DNA from: Candidatus Latescibacterota bacterium
GTDB taxonomy: Bacteria > Latescibacterota > UBA2968 > SICM01
Assembly (NCBI GenBank): GCA_965217865.1
Contig: CBDCJO010000002.1
Span: 4,800,001 to 4,864,000, forward strand
Reading direction: 5' to 3'
DNA: 64,000 bases
Part shown: positions 41,382 through 51,138 of the stretch, piece after piece
Position numbering within the stretch: the first letter of the stretch is position 1
Layout of the letters: the number at the start of each line of letters is the position of its first letter
Notes under the pieces: generated by a model
What the model was told of the DNA's origin: nothing
Database searches by the model: none
What the model saw: only the letters and a program-made list of their open reading frames with translations
Position numbers and translations under genes: made by a program

Positions 41382-42104
41382 TCATGTCACGGTTTGAGTA
41401 GTTGTGTCTCCTCCGGTTTTTCCAAAATTATTCGCCAAAGTGAAAAAATCATCGAGGTCAACATCACCGTCCCTGTCGATGTCTCCGAGAAGGGGTTCTA
41501 ATATGGGTTCTTCTGTTATGGGTTCTTGGTTGACTGGTAAAATCAGTGGGGACTGATTCGAGTTAATATATACCGTGTCAACTTCCGACCCTGCCCGGAG
41601 CGCAATCCAGAGGGCCCCCAGGGAGCCGGTCGTAAACCCGCCTTTTGTCGTGAACGAAAAGGTGGTTATCGCACCGTCCCCATCTACTGCGGGGGTCCCC
41701 AGCATGGCTGCCCCGAACCTTGATTGGGTATCGAAACCTTCAACATCCGTGTTCGCCACTGTGGTGACGGTCAGTTCAACAGCGCCCGGGAGGTCGTTCT
41801 TAGCCGTGGGGGTATCAAACTGCGCTGTGTTATACCATACAGCCGCTGTGTATCCTGTGGCCCCGTTCAAATTTGTTGCCGAAATCATGAGATTGACAAC
41901 TTCACCTGGCTGGACGCCAGATGTCCTATCCAACGTGGCCGTCCACTGAGCGTTTGCGTTTGGACCCGCACTGCTTGTCGGAGGGAATAGCAATTCGAAA
42001 GTTGAGAACCACAAGAGAGCCAGCATGACACACAAAAAGCCGCACTTGTTGGGTGCGGCTAATTCAAATTCTGCCTTGTCTTTTATTCGCCAGTTCATCA
42101 GCAC
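41382..42104 (-). CDS. Secreted cohesin-like protein with one dockerin/EF-hand-like repeat, possibly truncated
   Basis: Signal-like segment, beta-sandwich pattern 'V.LMISATNL...GY...VWYN..QF...GAAMLG...VDGDG.IT.FSF', then 'GDIDRDGDVDLDDFFTLANNFG'. Confidence 0.6.
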   Translation of the reverse strand: MLMNWRIKDKAEFELAAPNKCGFLCVMLALLWFSTFELLFPPTSSAGPNANAQWTATLDRTSGVQPGEVVNLMISATNLNGATGYTAAVWYNTAQFDTPTAKNDLPGAVELTVTTVANTDVEGFDTQSRFGAAMLGTPAVDGDGAITTFSFTTKGGFTTGSLGALWIALRAGSEVDTVYINSNQSPLILPVNQEPITEEPILEPLLGDIDRDGDVDLDDFFTLANNFGKTGGDTTTQTVT

Positions 42105-42244
42105 CCCCCCGATGCGGAAGCTCAGAGCTACACCAGTATACTGAAACTATACCAGGAATATTTGGGATGTCAAGGGAAATCAACGAGGTGGAAGAAAAAA
42201 AAGAAGAACAGCATAAAGCTTGTAAAAATATCCAACTGGGGTGT

Positions 42245-42634
42245 TCAAAATACCACAAAAGTGTTGAAATTACAAAGCCTGGCACAATCCATGTCTACCT
42301 GGGCAGCCGTCGCGGAGTTGACTCTTTCAGAGATTTCTAAGGATTCTCTGCCTGTCACCATGAACCCGCTCTCGGGAACCGCAAGGCGGTCCACCCAATC
42401 GAGCAGTTCCGACTCCCGGAATCTTACGTGACCCTTTTTACCAGGGAACTTGATGTGGGGGTCTCCCCTCGGCGGAAAGGGTCAGAGGTTTCTCAAGATT
42501 CGGGGTCTGTCGGTCGCGAAGTTTCGCTCGGGTACATAAAAGCTATCAGCCCAATCTTTCAGTTCAGATTCGCGGAAGCGAATTTCAGAGGCTTCCGAAA
42601 CGTTAATCAAAGGCTCCGTCGTCTTCTTAGGCAT
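42245..42634 (-). pseudogene. Two tandem decayed excisionase-like (HTH_17) remnants
   Basis: 42482..42634: MPKKTTEPLINVSEASE-IRFRESELKDWADSFYVPE. ~42245-42450: PHIKFPGKKGHVRFRESELLDWVDRLAVPE. Confidence 0.6.
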
Positions 42635-42820
42635 GGGTCGGTTCCAGTGGCGACTTACGAGTTAGATTTTGCTGCCAAATTCCCTGACACGGGTTTCAGG
42701 ATACGGGTTGATGAGAGTTCGTCGATTCTGGAGGCTAAAGCCGCTTCTACAGGCGGTGGGGATGAAGTCTGGGGGGAGGTCGCGGGGGAGGGATGGAGCG
42801 CCCTTATGCAGCGGATAGGC

Positions 42821-43186
42821 TCAGGGCCAATCCTTAGGTTCTACTAGTTCCCCTATTTTACCACCTCTTACTGGGAAGTTAGTGGAGGCCATCCAGCGAT
42901 AGATAATTCCGTTCTTGTCAACCCAGAACGCACGAACAGATACGGAGCTCGTTTTATCCACAAGTTTTGTGATTTTTTCTCCTGTTATATCGAAGTCATA
43001 AAACCAAATTTCTCCATCTGCTTCATCGGTGTCAACCAGGGTGGGTGGCCCCCACTTTTGGTTCAGCTTCGTTTTGTGGGACCCCTTCCACGAACTCTCG
43101 GAAAAACTGTTTCTATTGCCAGAAGTAGTCGCGCAACCGATTAAGAAAATAAGAATCAGTCCCAGGATATAGACTCGATTTAACAT
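42821..43186 (-). CDS. Small lipoprotein (SmpA/BamE-like fold possible)
   Basis: GGAGG RBS, lipobox 'LIGC', 'WKG...L..KWGPP', 'FWVDKNGIIYRW'. Confidence 0.7.
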   Translation of the reverse strand: MLNRVYILGLILIFLIGCATTSGNRNSFSESSWKGSHKTKLNQKWGPPTLVDTDEADGEIWFYDFDITGEKITKLVDKTSSVSVRAFWVDKNGIIYRWMASTNFPVRGGKIGELVEPKDWP

Positions 43187-43809
43187 GGCGAACCTCCAGA
43201 AATATCTCTCGCAACCAATCTTCCCCGATGGCAATTCGCGTTCCTTTTAGTATGGTGATTATATACTTGATAAAGTCATGATAGTGATGAAGGCTCTGTC
43301 TACTCAAACAATCTGTTGGCAGTCCCCATGCCGACAAATATAGAAACAGGACATCAAAAATCAGGTAAAGAAATCGCTCGAATCGGACGATCTCCGGCCA
43401 AAGGACGGGGCATTCTGCGAAACTTTCGCAAAAAACTCAACATTTTGGGATAAAGCAAATAGCCTTTGTCAAGTATATAATTCCCTTTAGTATCGGTTAG
43501 CGGGCTGTCAGAGTCAAGGGGGATTATGTTAAAAAAAGACATACCACAAAAGAGATAAAGTGGCTTTCAAAATACTACAAATGTGCTGACCGAGTTCTTG
43601 AATCCTACGCCTCGACAACGCCACCGCCTAACCGGATGCAAGGCGCGGTCGAAACCCTGCCTTTTGGATGCCCGATAGCACAAGATTTGGACACTCTGGC
43701 ATCTGGGTAGAATCTGGTGGTGAGCAACTTAAGCAAGAACAGGCAGTGTTTTTTTAGAGGGCGGGAAGTTATCCTTTGACTTCAAATCCCCACGCTTATT
43801 TTGTGATAT

Positions 43810-44784
43810 ATGAAGGTTCTTGTTGAAGAGCTGCGTCAAATCTGCATGGATATCCTCGGCAACCAGGGACTAAACGAGGATGATGCCCGCATCGTGTCGG
43901 ATGCGGTTCTTGAGGCGGAACTTCGGGGCCGGCCGTCCCACGGCGTCATTCGGGTTCCCGGGATTGCCGAACGTGTTGCATCGAAGGGGCGGACTTCGAT
44001 GCGTGTCGCCCGGACGAGGGGGATTTGTACGCTCGTAGACGGGAAAGGAAATCTGGGTTACCTGGTTGCCCATCGCTGTGCTCGAACCGTCGCCCAGAAC
44101 GCCCGGAAGGGCGGTGTCGGTCTGGTGGGGGCATTTAATACCGACACGTGCGGGATGCTTGGGTATTATGTCTCTCTGGTCGTCGAAACGGGACTGATTT
44201 GCATTATGATGTGTGATTCAAGCCCCCGCACGGTTCCGTGGGGCGCTACAGAACCTGTGCTTGGCGCGAACCCGGTGTCCGCAGGATTTCCCTATTCTCG
44301 AGGCCAGATTCTTATCGATCTCTCCACCGCGGCTATCACCAACGGAGATATCCTGATGGTGTTGAAAGAGGGGGGGGTGATTCCGGAGGGATGTGCCCTG
44401 GATTCCGAAGGGGCGGTGACGACGGATCCAGAGGCTGCCATCAAGGGTGCCGCCCTCCCATTTGGCGGACACAAAGGGTATGCTCTGAGTCTGCTGGTAC
44501 AGATATTTTCCTCGGTTCTGGTTGGTGCAGCCCCTATTCCGAAGCCGGGCGAAGACTATGGGCTTTTCATGATGGCCATCAACCCCACCGTTTTCGTGGA
44601 TCGAGGGGGCTTTATGGACGGGATCGAGGAGATCGTCAAGCAGGTCAAATCTGCTCGCAGGTTGGATCCATCGGTAGAGATCCTGGTTCCGGGGGAGCGA
44701 TCGTTTCGAGAGCGGGAAAGGCGCCTCAAGGAGGGTATGGATATCGATGAGGATCTGTTGCAGGCGCTGAAAAAGATAGGGTAA
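43810..44784 (+). CDS. Ldh_2 family (malate/L-lactate/sulfolactate) oxidoreductase
   Basis: 'GRPSHG', 'GANP', 'PFGGHKGYAL', 'VPGE'. Confidence 0.9.
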   Translation: MKVLVEELRQICMDILGNQGLNEDDARIVSDAVLEAELRGRPSHGVIRVPGIAERVASKGRTSMRVARTRGICTLVDGKGNLGYLVAHRCARTVAQNARKGGVGLVGAFNTDTCGMLGYYVSLVVETGLICIMMCDSSPRTVPWGATEPVLGANPVSAGFPYSRGQILIDLSTAAITNGDILMVLKEGGVIPEGCALDSEGAVTTDPEAAIKGAALPFGGHKGYALSLLVQIFSSVLVGAAPIPKPGEDYGLFMMAINPTVFVDRGGFMDGIEEIVKQVKSARRLDPSVEILVPGERSFRERERRLKEGMDIDEDLLQALKKIG

Positions 44785-44822
44785 GGTAGGGACCACGGTA
44801 GCGAGGGAACTCATTTCCTCGC

Positions 44823-45485
44823 TCATTTTTCAAAAATCTCTTCGATCATTTCTACGGAAACCGCTTCAAGGGTTTCTACGACGAGATCCGCGGCGGAAAA
44901 ATCCATCCCGTTCGAAAGGGGGAGGGGGACCACAACGCATCGCATTCCAGCCCGCTTAGCAGAAGTCAATCCGTTGAATGAGTCCTCCACGGCAAGGCAT
45001 TCTTCGGTCCTCAAACCGAGTTGTTTTGCAGCCAAAAGATAACAGTCGGGTTCGGGTTTGCCGAGTTCGACGTCGTCGCCCGTAACGATCGACTCAAATC
45101 GATCCCGTAAATTCAAATCTTTCAGAATCCCCTCCACCCAGCGTCGTGGTGACGCCGACGCGACAGCCCTTGCATAGCCTGCTTCGATCAGTTTATCGAT
45201 CAACACCAGGAATCCCGGCATGGGATGCATGTATGCAGATCGGATTTCCTGATATCGTGCATTCCTGACTTTCTGAACGGCTTCCTCATCAACTTCCCTG
45301 CCTGAACGCTCCACCAGATTCTTAAAAAGATCGATTTTGGCCTGAGTGGTTCCCAGGATTTGATTCCAAAGGTCCGTGGGAAGTTCAATTCCGTGGGCAT
45401 TGTAAACCTCTTGCCAAGATATATATATGGGCGTTTCGGTATCCACGATCAGACCATCGAAATCGAAAATCACCCCTCGAACCAC
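44823..45485 (-). CDS. HAD-superfamily phosphatase
   Basis: DFDGLIVDT, 'VASAS', 'GKPEPD', 'EDS.NG..SA..AGM'. Confidence 0.92.
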   Translation of the reverse strand: MVRGVIFDFDGLIVDTETPIYISWQEVYNAHGIELPTDLWNQILGTTQAKIDLFKNLVERSGREVDEEAVQKVRNARYQEIRSAYMHPMPGFLVLIDKLIEAGYARAVASASPRRWVEGILKDLNLRDRFESIVTGDDVELGKPEPDCYLLAAKQLGLRTEECLAVEDSFNGLTSAKRAGMRCVVVPLPLSNGMDFSAADLVVETLEAVSVEMIEEIFEK

Positions 45486-46270
45486 GAGCTCCCCCTCTCT
45501 ATCCTGAAGGTCAGTGTTTCCTCTCCCGCGAGCGTCGAAGCGTCCCACAGGGTCTCTTTATCGGAAAATGGACCACGCTCTACGAACCGCCCTTTTATCT
45601 CCCATTCCAGGGGTGATTTATCGAAAGGGTATGGTTTTATAGCGAGGGTCAGTTCATCCCGAGGTTGAAGGGAAAGATCGATCCTGTGTTCGACGGATCC
45701 GGCGGGGGCAGCGCCGATGACCTGGGCTTCGGGTTCTCCGCAGCAAAGCAGAAGCGAAATCCAGTCCCACACGTGGAGAAGTCTGGAATTGTGCATCAGG
45801 GTTGTCTCTTGAACGGCCGGGCCGTAAACCGGATCCGTCCAGAGGGTCTGTCGAATCCGGTCCTGTGTATTGCGTTGTTCGGTCAAAAAGGCCTCTACTA
45901 AATGGTGGTCTTTGGGGGTGCTCTCTTCCAGCCCCCCCCTGTAGAGACCCGTTGCGTGCAGGCTGATCAAGAGCGCGGCGTAAGGATCTTTTCCCGTCAT
46001 TCCCACAACGCTTCGGCGCCATATGCCGAGATGCTGGGCAACTTCCATCTCCGAAAAGTTCAGGGGTTCCCCGTCCTGGTTTAATCCGGGATGGTGTTCC
46101 CATTCCTCCCATCCGGTGTCGTGCTCAGCCGCTGCGGTCATGAGGGACGATCGGGGTTCGGGGGATGCAAACTCCTCATTTCCCCAATGGCAGGCAAGTG
46201 CCCCTGAAAATACGGCGTGTTCGGGCTGCCGGATGAGAAGCCAGCCCTGTTTAAAGGGTCTGCGTATCAT
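45470..46270 (-). CDS. DUF3891-like protein
   Basis: 'LIRQPEHA.FSG.LA.HWGN', 'EHD.GW', 'YAALLISLH', 'WDWISL..C', 'PYPF'. Confidence 0.7.
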   Translation of the reverse strand: MIRRPFKQGWLLIRQPEHAVFSGALACHWGNEEFASPEPRSSLMTAAAEHDTGWEEWEHHPGLNQDGEPLNFSEMEVAQHLGIWRRSVVGMTGKDPYAALLISLHATGLYRGGLEESTPKDHHLVEAFLTEQRNTQDRIRQTLWTDPVYGPAVQETTLMHNSRLLHVWDWISLLLCCGEPEAQVIGAAPAGSVEHRIDLSLQPRDELTLAIKPYPFDKSPLEWEIKGRFVERGPFSDKETLWDASTLAGEETLTFRIERGSSWFEG

Positions 46271-46431
46271 GCATTCCGTGGATTGTGATTCGTGGATCGT
46301 AAAGACCGTGTATCGTGGTTCGTGACTCGGGGATCGGAAAAGACGTGGATCGTAAGATCTATCGCGTGTCGAAAGTCATAGGGTATCGAGTTGACTAGGG
46401 GATTGGGGGACGGAGCCCCACCCCCAGCCCC

Positions 46432-47406
46432 TTACCCTGTCTTTTTTTCTATCTTCTCCAATACCATCGCTGCGGCAAGGAGATCTTGAGCGGCCAAGCC
46501 GGTGAAATAGGTGATCACTCCGGTTCCACGCAGATGATCGAGTCGGCCGATGGCTGCATCACCAATATTTTGAACGATCCCTTTTCCGTTTTTGACGAAC
46601 CGGATATCGTCAAATCGACCCGATTGTTTCCGAGCCAAAAAATCACCTGAACCAGCGGCCTGAACCATGTCGTCGGCCACTATGGGTCGGTCCCAAAGGA
46701 GATCGGGATCAAGCTGGGTTGTCCGCGAGTCCCCCCCCATCACGGACAGATGGACACGGGGACCGATGGATGTTCGATTCAGTATCGGGGTCGGCGTCGG
46801 AACCGCGGTCAGGACGATATCCGCGCCCTCGATGCACGCCGAAAGAGAATCCTTCATCCTTAGGCTGGACCGGATTCGGGGTCCGATTTCATCTTCAAAG
46901 GCAGTTCTGTTTTCCCGTTTCCGACTCGTCGCCCTGATCTCCTCAAGGTCGAACAGATAATCGATGCAGACCGCCAGGAATTTTCCGATCCGTCCAGTCC
47001 CGATTAGGGCCGCAACCTGCGCGTCCGGCCTTGCCAGGTAGCGAGCGCCAAGCGCCCCGGCCGCACCGGTTCTGACATTTGTGATAAAGTCAGCTTCGAT
47101 TTCCGCCTCCGTCCCGGTCGTCAGGTCCTTTAGGGTGATCTTTGCAATCCGCTCCTCCAGCCGTCCGGTTGCCACGTCGGATCGTTCTACGATGATCTTT
47201 TCCCCCCGATAGTGGCCGACCCACTCCGCGGGCATGTTCAGGCTAAAACGATCGAGCCCGGCCTGTTTCTCCACGCGCTCGATCCGAGGGGGGTTTAACA
47301 GGAGACCCTGGCCAAGCAAACGGAAGGCTTTGTCGCAGGAATCAATCCAGTCCTTGGGGGAGAAGAGATGGATAAAATCGGATTCAGGGATGGTTCTGGG
47401 CGTCAT
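46432..47406 (-). CDS. Ornithine cyclodeaminase / mu-crystallin family protein
   Basis: 'ITNVRTGAAGALG..YLA', 'IGTG', 'TGLAAQD'. Confidence 0.85.
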   Translation of the reverse strand: MTPRTIPESDFIHLFSPKDWIDSCDKAFRLLGQGLLLNPPRIERVEKQAGLDRFSLNMPAEWVGHYRGEKIIVERSDVATGRLEERIAKITLKDLTTGTEAEIEADFITNVRTGAAGALGARYLARPDAQVAALIGTGRIGKFLAVCIDYLFDLEEIRATSRKRENRTAFEDEIGPRIRSSLRMKDSLSACIEGADIVLTAVPTPTPILNRTSIGPRVHLSVMGGDSRTTQLDPDLLWDRPIVADDMVQAAGSGDFLARKQSGRFDDIRFVKNGKGIVQNIGDAAIGRLDHLRGTGVITYFTGLAAQDLLAAAMVLEKIEKKTG

Positions 47407-47495
47407 GGAGGAGGGGGAAAGTAAAAAAGCTAAACGATGAGAGGTGATTGGTGAGCCGCGAATCAATCGCGGAATGTGGGTTGCCGTCTTCCGCC

Positions 47496-48524
47496 TCACG
47501 CTTCATCATCATACGGGTTCCATTGCACCGCCGGGTTATCGGAGTTGGTCTGGAGATAGTCTTTCAAATCCTCGATGAAAACCGACTTCTCGATATTGCT
47601 CCTTGAAGGACTCCCATCTTCGCCCAGGAAACTAAGATTCGGCGCAGCTGTATCAATCCCATTAAAGGCCCACGTGCCCGGGGCTGTTTCCATCACCTGA
47701 AGACGGGTTACAAACGGATCGAGATCGATTCTCGGCATCGGTCTTCTACTGACAAGCTGCACCCAGGATTCATATCGGTATTTGAGCCAGTACCTGCCGT
47801 CGTGGACCGTCAACACCCGAAGACAGTCTGTCGCAGAACAGGTGGCAACCGGATGGAGGGGTTCCGGGGATTCGATGACCACCAGATCAATTTCCGGAAA
47901 TTCTTCCAACTTCACGTCGTGGGCCTGTATCGCGGCCTCGCTTCGTTTGACGTGGTCGAACTCCTCTTCCCACAGGTCGCGGTAATCCTCGATATGCGTA
48001 AAGATATCAAGGAGTCCGAAAATCAGCATCTGATACAAAATGGCGATTCGCCCATCTTCCGATCGACCGGCCAGTTCCTTGTGGTAAGGGGAGACCTCGG
48101 GGTCTGCAAATCCGGTGATCGTAAAGACGGTTTTGAGTGCCTGCGGGTCCCGGTAGCGGAGGAAATCCCCCGCGGAGGCGATGTTGATCATCAGGTCGCG
48201 ATTTTGGAGTGCCCTTCCGGGGTTGACCAGAGTCAAGGCGGCCACCAAACCGTCCGGGCTGAACTGGTTAGAGGAAACCACCGGCACATTCCGCGCGAGA
48301 TTCGAACCCGAGGTGATATAGTTTAATGCGATTTCAGCACTCGTATCCGCCTTCAGCGACCGGGGTGTCCCGCTCTTCGGCAGATGGCTGAGGGTCAGTT
48401 CCGTGTGCTCATTCGGATCCCCATCAACGATGATGTGGGGCCGATCGTTTAACTGATCATAGGGAACAAATTCCAAACCGGTCCTCTTGAAATAAAGTTT
48501 GACGTTTGAACCCAGATATCGCAC
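47496..48524 (-). CDS. Conserved hypothetical protein (DUF6687-like)
   Basis: 'IIVDG...LTLSH.P...TP..LKADTS.EI', 'YRYESWVQ'. Family recalled from memory, not searched. Confidence 0.55.
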   Translation of the reverse strand: MRYLGSNVKLYFKRTGLEFVPYDQLNDRPHIIVDGDPNEHTELTLSHLPKSGTPRSLKADTSAEIALNYITSGSNLARNVPVVSSNQFSPDGLVAALTLVNPGRALQNRDLMINIASAGDFLRYRDPQALKTVFTITGFADPEVSPYHKELAGRSEDGRIAILYQMLIFGLLDIFTHIEDYRDLWEEEFDHVKRSEAAIQAHDVKLEEFPEIDLVVIESPEPLHPVATCSATDCLRVLTVHDGRYWLKYRYESWVQLVSRRPMPRIDLDPFVTRLQVMETAPGTWAFNGIDTAAPNLSFLGEDGSPSRSNIEKSVFIEDLKDYLQTNSDNPAVQWNPYDDEA

Positions 48525-48726
48525 CGGGTCTTATTAAAATATTGATCCGATCAGTGGTCATGATACGCCGACACGTAGATTTGTCAAGCGTCGTTTTCAG
48601 AACGGGCCGGCGGAGAAGCCGGGTGCCACAGTGTAGCCATTTCTTGACTGAGTTATCCAACCGCTTTATCTTTATGTCTCATCGTTTCTTTTGTTTCAAG
48701 ACCATCCAATTCCTAAGGGGAGGTTT

Positions 48727-50034
48727 ATGAAATCGTATTACAAAATTTGCTTTGCGCTGTGGATCATCCTTTTCCCCATCGCCTCGGAAGCCGCGGAGGG
48801 CCACGGGGACCCGTCCGCCAATGTCCTCCTGGGGCTTGCCGTGATCCTGGTCGCTGCAAAATTGGGCGGAAGCCTGTTCGAGCGCTACCGCATGCCTCCT
48901 GTTCTGGGAGAACTCATATTCGGAGTCATCCTGGGAAACGCTGCACTGGTTGGGATCCCGCTGTTTGAGGGAATGCGGGAGGACACCGGCGTGGATCTTC
49001 TGGCGCGAATCGGCGTCGTTGTGCTCCTGTTCGAGGTGGGGCTGGAGACCGATGTGGAAGGCATGCTGGCCGTTGGGTTCCGAAGCCTGATGGTGGCTGC
49101 CGTCGGTATGATCGCTCCCTTTTTCATGGGCTATGGTCTGAGCCTCTATCTGTTGCCTGAAGCCCCGTTTGCGACTCATCTGTTCATCGGCGCTACGCTT
49201 ACGGCAACATCGGTCGGTATCACGGCCAGGGTCCTGAAAGACCTCGGTCAACTCGATCGACCCGAAGCCCGTATTATCCTGGGTGCTGCTGTCGTCGACG
49301 ACGTCCTGGGGCTTGTCGTCCTGGCCGTTGTAAGCGCGATCGTCACGGCCGGAAGCGTTAGCCTCCTGACAACGGGAATCATTCTTTTTAAGGCCTTGGG
49401 ATTTTTGGCCGGGGCTTTGCTTATTGGCAGATGGCTCGCACCCTATCTTGGGCGTGCAGCGAATGCACTGGGAGGAGGGACCAAAGTATCGATCGCGTTT
49501 GTGTTCTGTTTCTTCCTGTCATTTTTAGCGGACTTCATCGGCCTGGCCACAATTGTAGGTGCGTTTGCTGCGGGGCTGATCCTTGAAGAAGGCCACTTTC
49601 TTCCTCCTCTCCGGGGGGAGGAGGAGCACGTGGATCTGCAAGATTTCTCCCACATGCCCCACGTTCTCTCCCTTCAGCAATTGACCAACCCGCTTTCGTC
49701 CATCCTGGTCCCGGTGTTCTTCGTCATGATGGGCATGCACATCCGGTTGGAGACCTTCGTCGACCCTTCCGTGTTGGGCCTTGCGGGCGCCCTTACTGTT
49801 GCCGCATTCATCAGCAAGCAGGCATGTGGTCTGGCGGTTCAGAAGGGGAGCCGGATGACCGTCGGACTGGGCATGGTTCCCAGGGGCGAGGTGGGTTTGA
49901 TCTTCGCATCCATCGGAAGGAGCCTCGGTGCGATCGACGACGGTGTCTACTCTTCAATCGTGATCGTGGTTGTGGCCACCACCGTCGTGACGCCGCCCTT
50001 CCTGAAATGGAGCCTGATGAGATCCTCATCCTAA
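48727..50034 (+). CDS. Cation:proton antiporter (CPA2)
   Basis: 'PPVLGEL..G', 'LLFEVGLE', 'ATSVGIT', 'AAVVDD', 'GMVPRGEVGL'. Confidence 0.92.
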   Translation: MKSYYKICFALWIILFPIASEAAEGHGDPSANVLLGLAVILVAAKLGGSLFERYRMPPVLGELIFGVILGNAALVGIPLFEGMREDTGVDLLARIGVVVLLFEVGLETDVEGMLAVGFRSLMVAAVGMIAPFFMGYGLSLYLLPEAPFATHLFIGATLTATSVGITARVLKDLGQLDRPEARIILGAAVVDDVLGLVVLAVVSAIVTAGSVSLLTTGIILFKALGFLAGALLIGRWLAPYLGRAANALGGGTKVSIAFVFCFFLSFLADFIGLATIVGAFAAGLILEEGHFLPPLRGEEEHVDLQDFSHMPHVLSLQQLTNPLSSILVPVFFVMMGMHIRLETFVDPSVLGLAGALTVAAFISKQACGLAVQKGSRMTVGLGMVPRGEVGLIFASIGRSLGAIDDGVYSSIVIVVVATTVVTPPFLKWSLMRSSS

Positions 50035-50068
50035 GGGTATGACCCTTGATTTTAGAGGGAAAACATTT

Positions 50069-50881
50069 ATGAAGAAGGGAATGGTACTGACAGGCGGTTA
50101 TGGGGACACTTTCGAGGAGGCCCTTCAGAAACACAAGGACGCGGGTTTTCAGGGTGTGGAGATCGTCACCTCTGAAGAAGGGGGGTGGTTCAGTCTCAAT
50201 ACAACGACTTCCGGTATTTCGGCTTTGCGCGCGGCTTCTCAGAAGGTCGGGGTGGAGATACCGAGCGTGATGGCAGGGGCGTGGAAAAACCCGCTTTCGG
50301 ATCCCGAACCCCGGACGCGGGAGAAGGGACAGGCCCTGGTTTCAAAGGCGATCGAAGGCGCCAAACAGATGGGTGCGGCGGCCGTATTGGTCGTCCCCGC
50401 GGTGGTGAAAGATGAGGTCACTTACGAACAGGCATGGGATCGGTCTCAAGGCGTGATCCGGGAATTGATACCGGAGGCCGAGGAGGCAGGTGTCTGCCTC
50501 TGCGTCGAGAACGTCTGGAACAAATTCCTGCTCAGCCCATTCGATTTCTGCCGGTATGTGGACAGTTTTCAGAGCGAAGCCGTGCGGGTCTACTTCGACG
50601 TGGGAAACGTCCTGGTTTATGGATATCCGGAGCATTGGATTCGATCTCTCGGGGGACGGATTCGAAAGGTCCATCTCAAGGACTTCAAGACGAACATCGG
50701 GAACATCTGTGGGTTCACGAACCTCCTGGAAGGCGATGTGAACTGGCCCCGGGTAATGGAGGCCTTGAGGGAAATCGGTTACAGCGACTATCTGACGGCG
50801 GAGTTGGGCCTCTTCACGCATGCCCCTGAAGAGATGTTGAGTCAGACCTCTTCGGCCATGGATGCGATTCTGAAGATGTGA
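50069..50881 (+). CDS. Sugar-phosphate isomerase/epimerase (xylose-isomerase-like TIM barrel)
   Basis: 'ENVWNKFLLSP', 'YFDVGN', 'VHLKDF', 'LLEGDVNW'. Confidence 0.9.
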   Translation: MKKGMVLTGGYGDTFEEALQKHKDAGFQGVEIVTSEEGGWFSLNTTTSGISALRAASQKVGVEIPSVMAGAWKNPLSDPEPRTREKGQALVSKAIEGAKQMGAAAVLVVPAVVKDEVTYEQAWDRSQGVIRELIPEAEEAGVCLCVENVWNKFLLSPFDFCRYVDSFQSEAVRVYFDVGNVLVYGYPEHWIRSLGGRIRKVHLKDFKTNIGNICGFTNLLEGDVNWPRVMEALREIGYSDYLTAELGLFTHAPEEMLSQTSSAMDAILKM

Positions 50882-51138
50882 ATCAGCTCCATGAAAGGGT
50901 TATGTCGGGGCGGCGGCTTCGAGTCTTGTGTTCTGTTTTTAAAGGGATTATCTATAGCTCGTCCGATGGACCGGCTGGCTCAATTCCTCTTTGGAGATAC
51001 GACTTTCTCCCTTGACTTGGTGGTCCAAGTTTGGTATGTTTACCCCCTTAAATTTGGGGGATTCCCGGTGATGTGAAGCAACCGGGCGCATCATCAGGTC
51101 GGAACACAGCGAAGGACAGATTCGACTTAAGAGGAACC

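Noticed and set aside
42280-42294. TGGCACAATCCATGT as a sigma54 promoter
   Set aside because: Lacks the -12 GC and has no credible downstream gene.
42735-42770. CCGCTTCTACAGGCGGTGGGGATG resembling an IS200/IS605 end
   Set aside because: Short, with no tnpA/tnpB nearby.
43590-43630. tRNA-Leu-like sequence (minus strand, ...GGATTCAAGAA...) at the island edge
   Set aside because: No T-arm (GTTCRA) or acceptor stem could be built; at most a relic.
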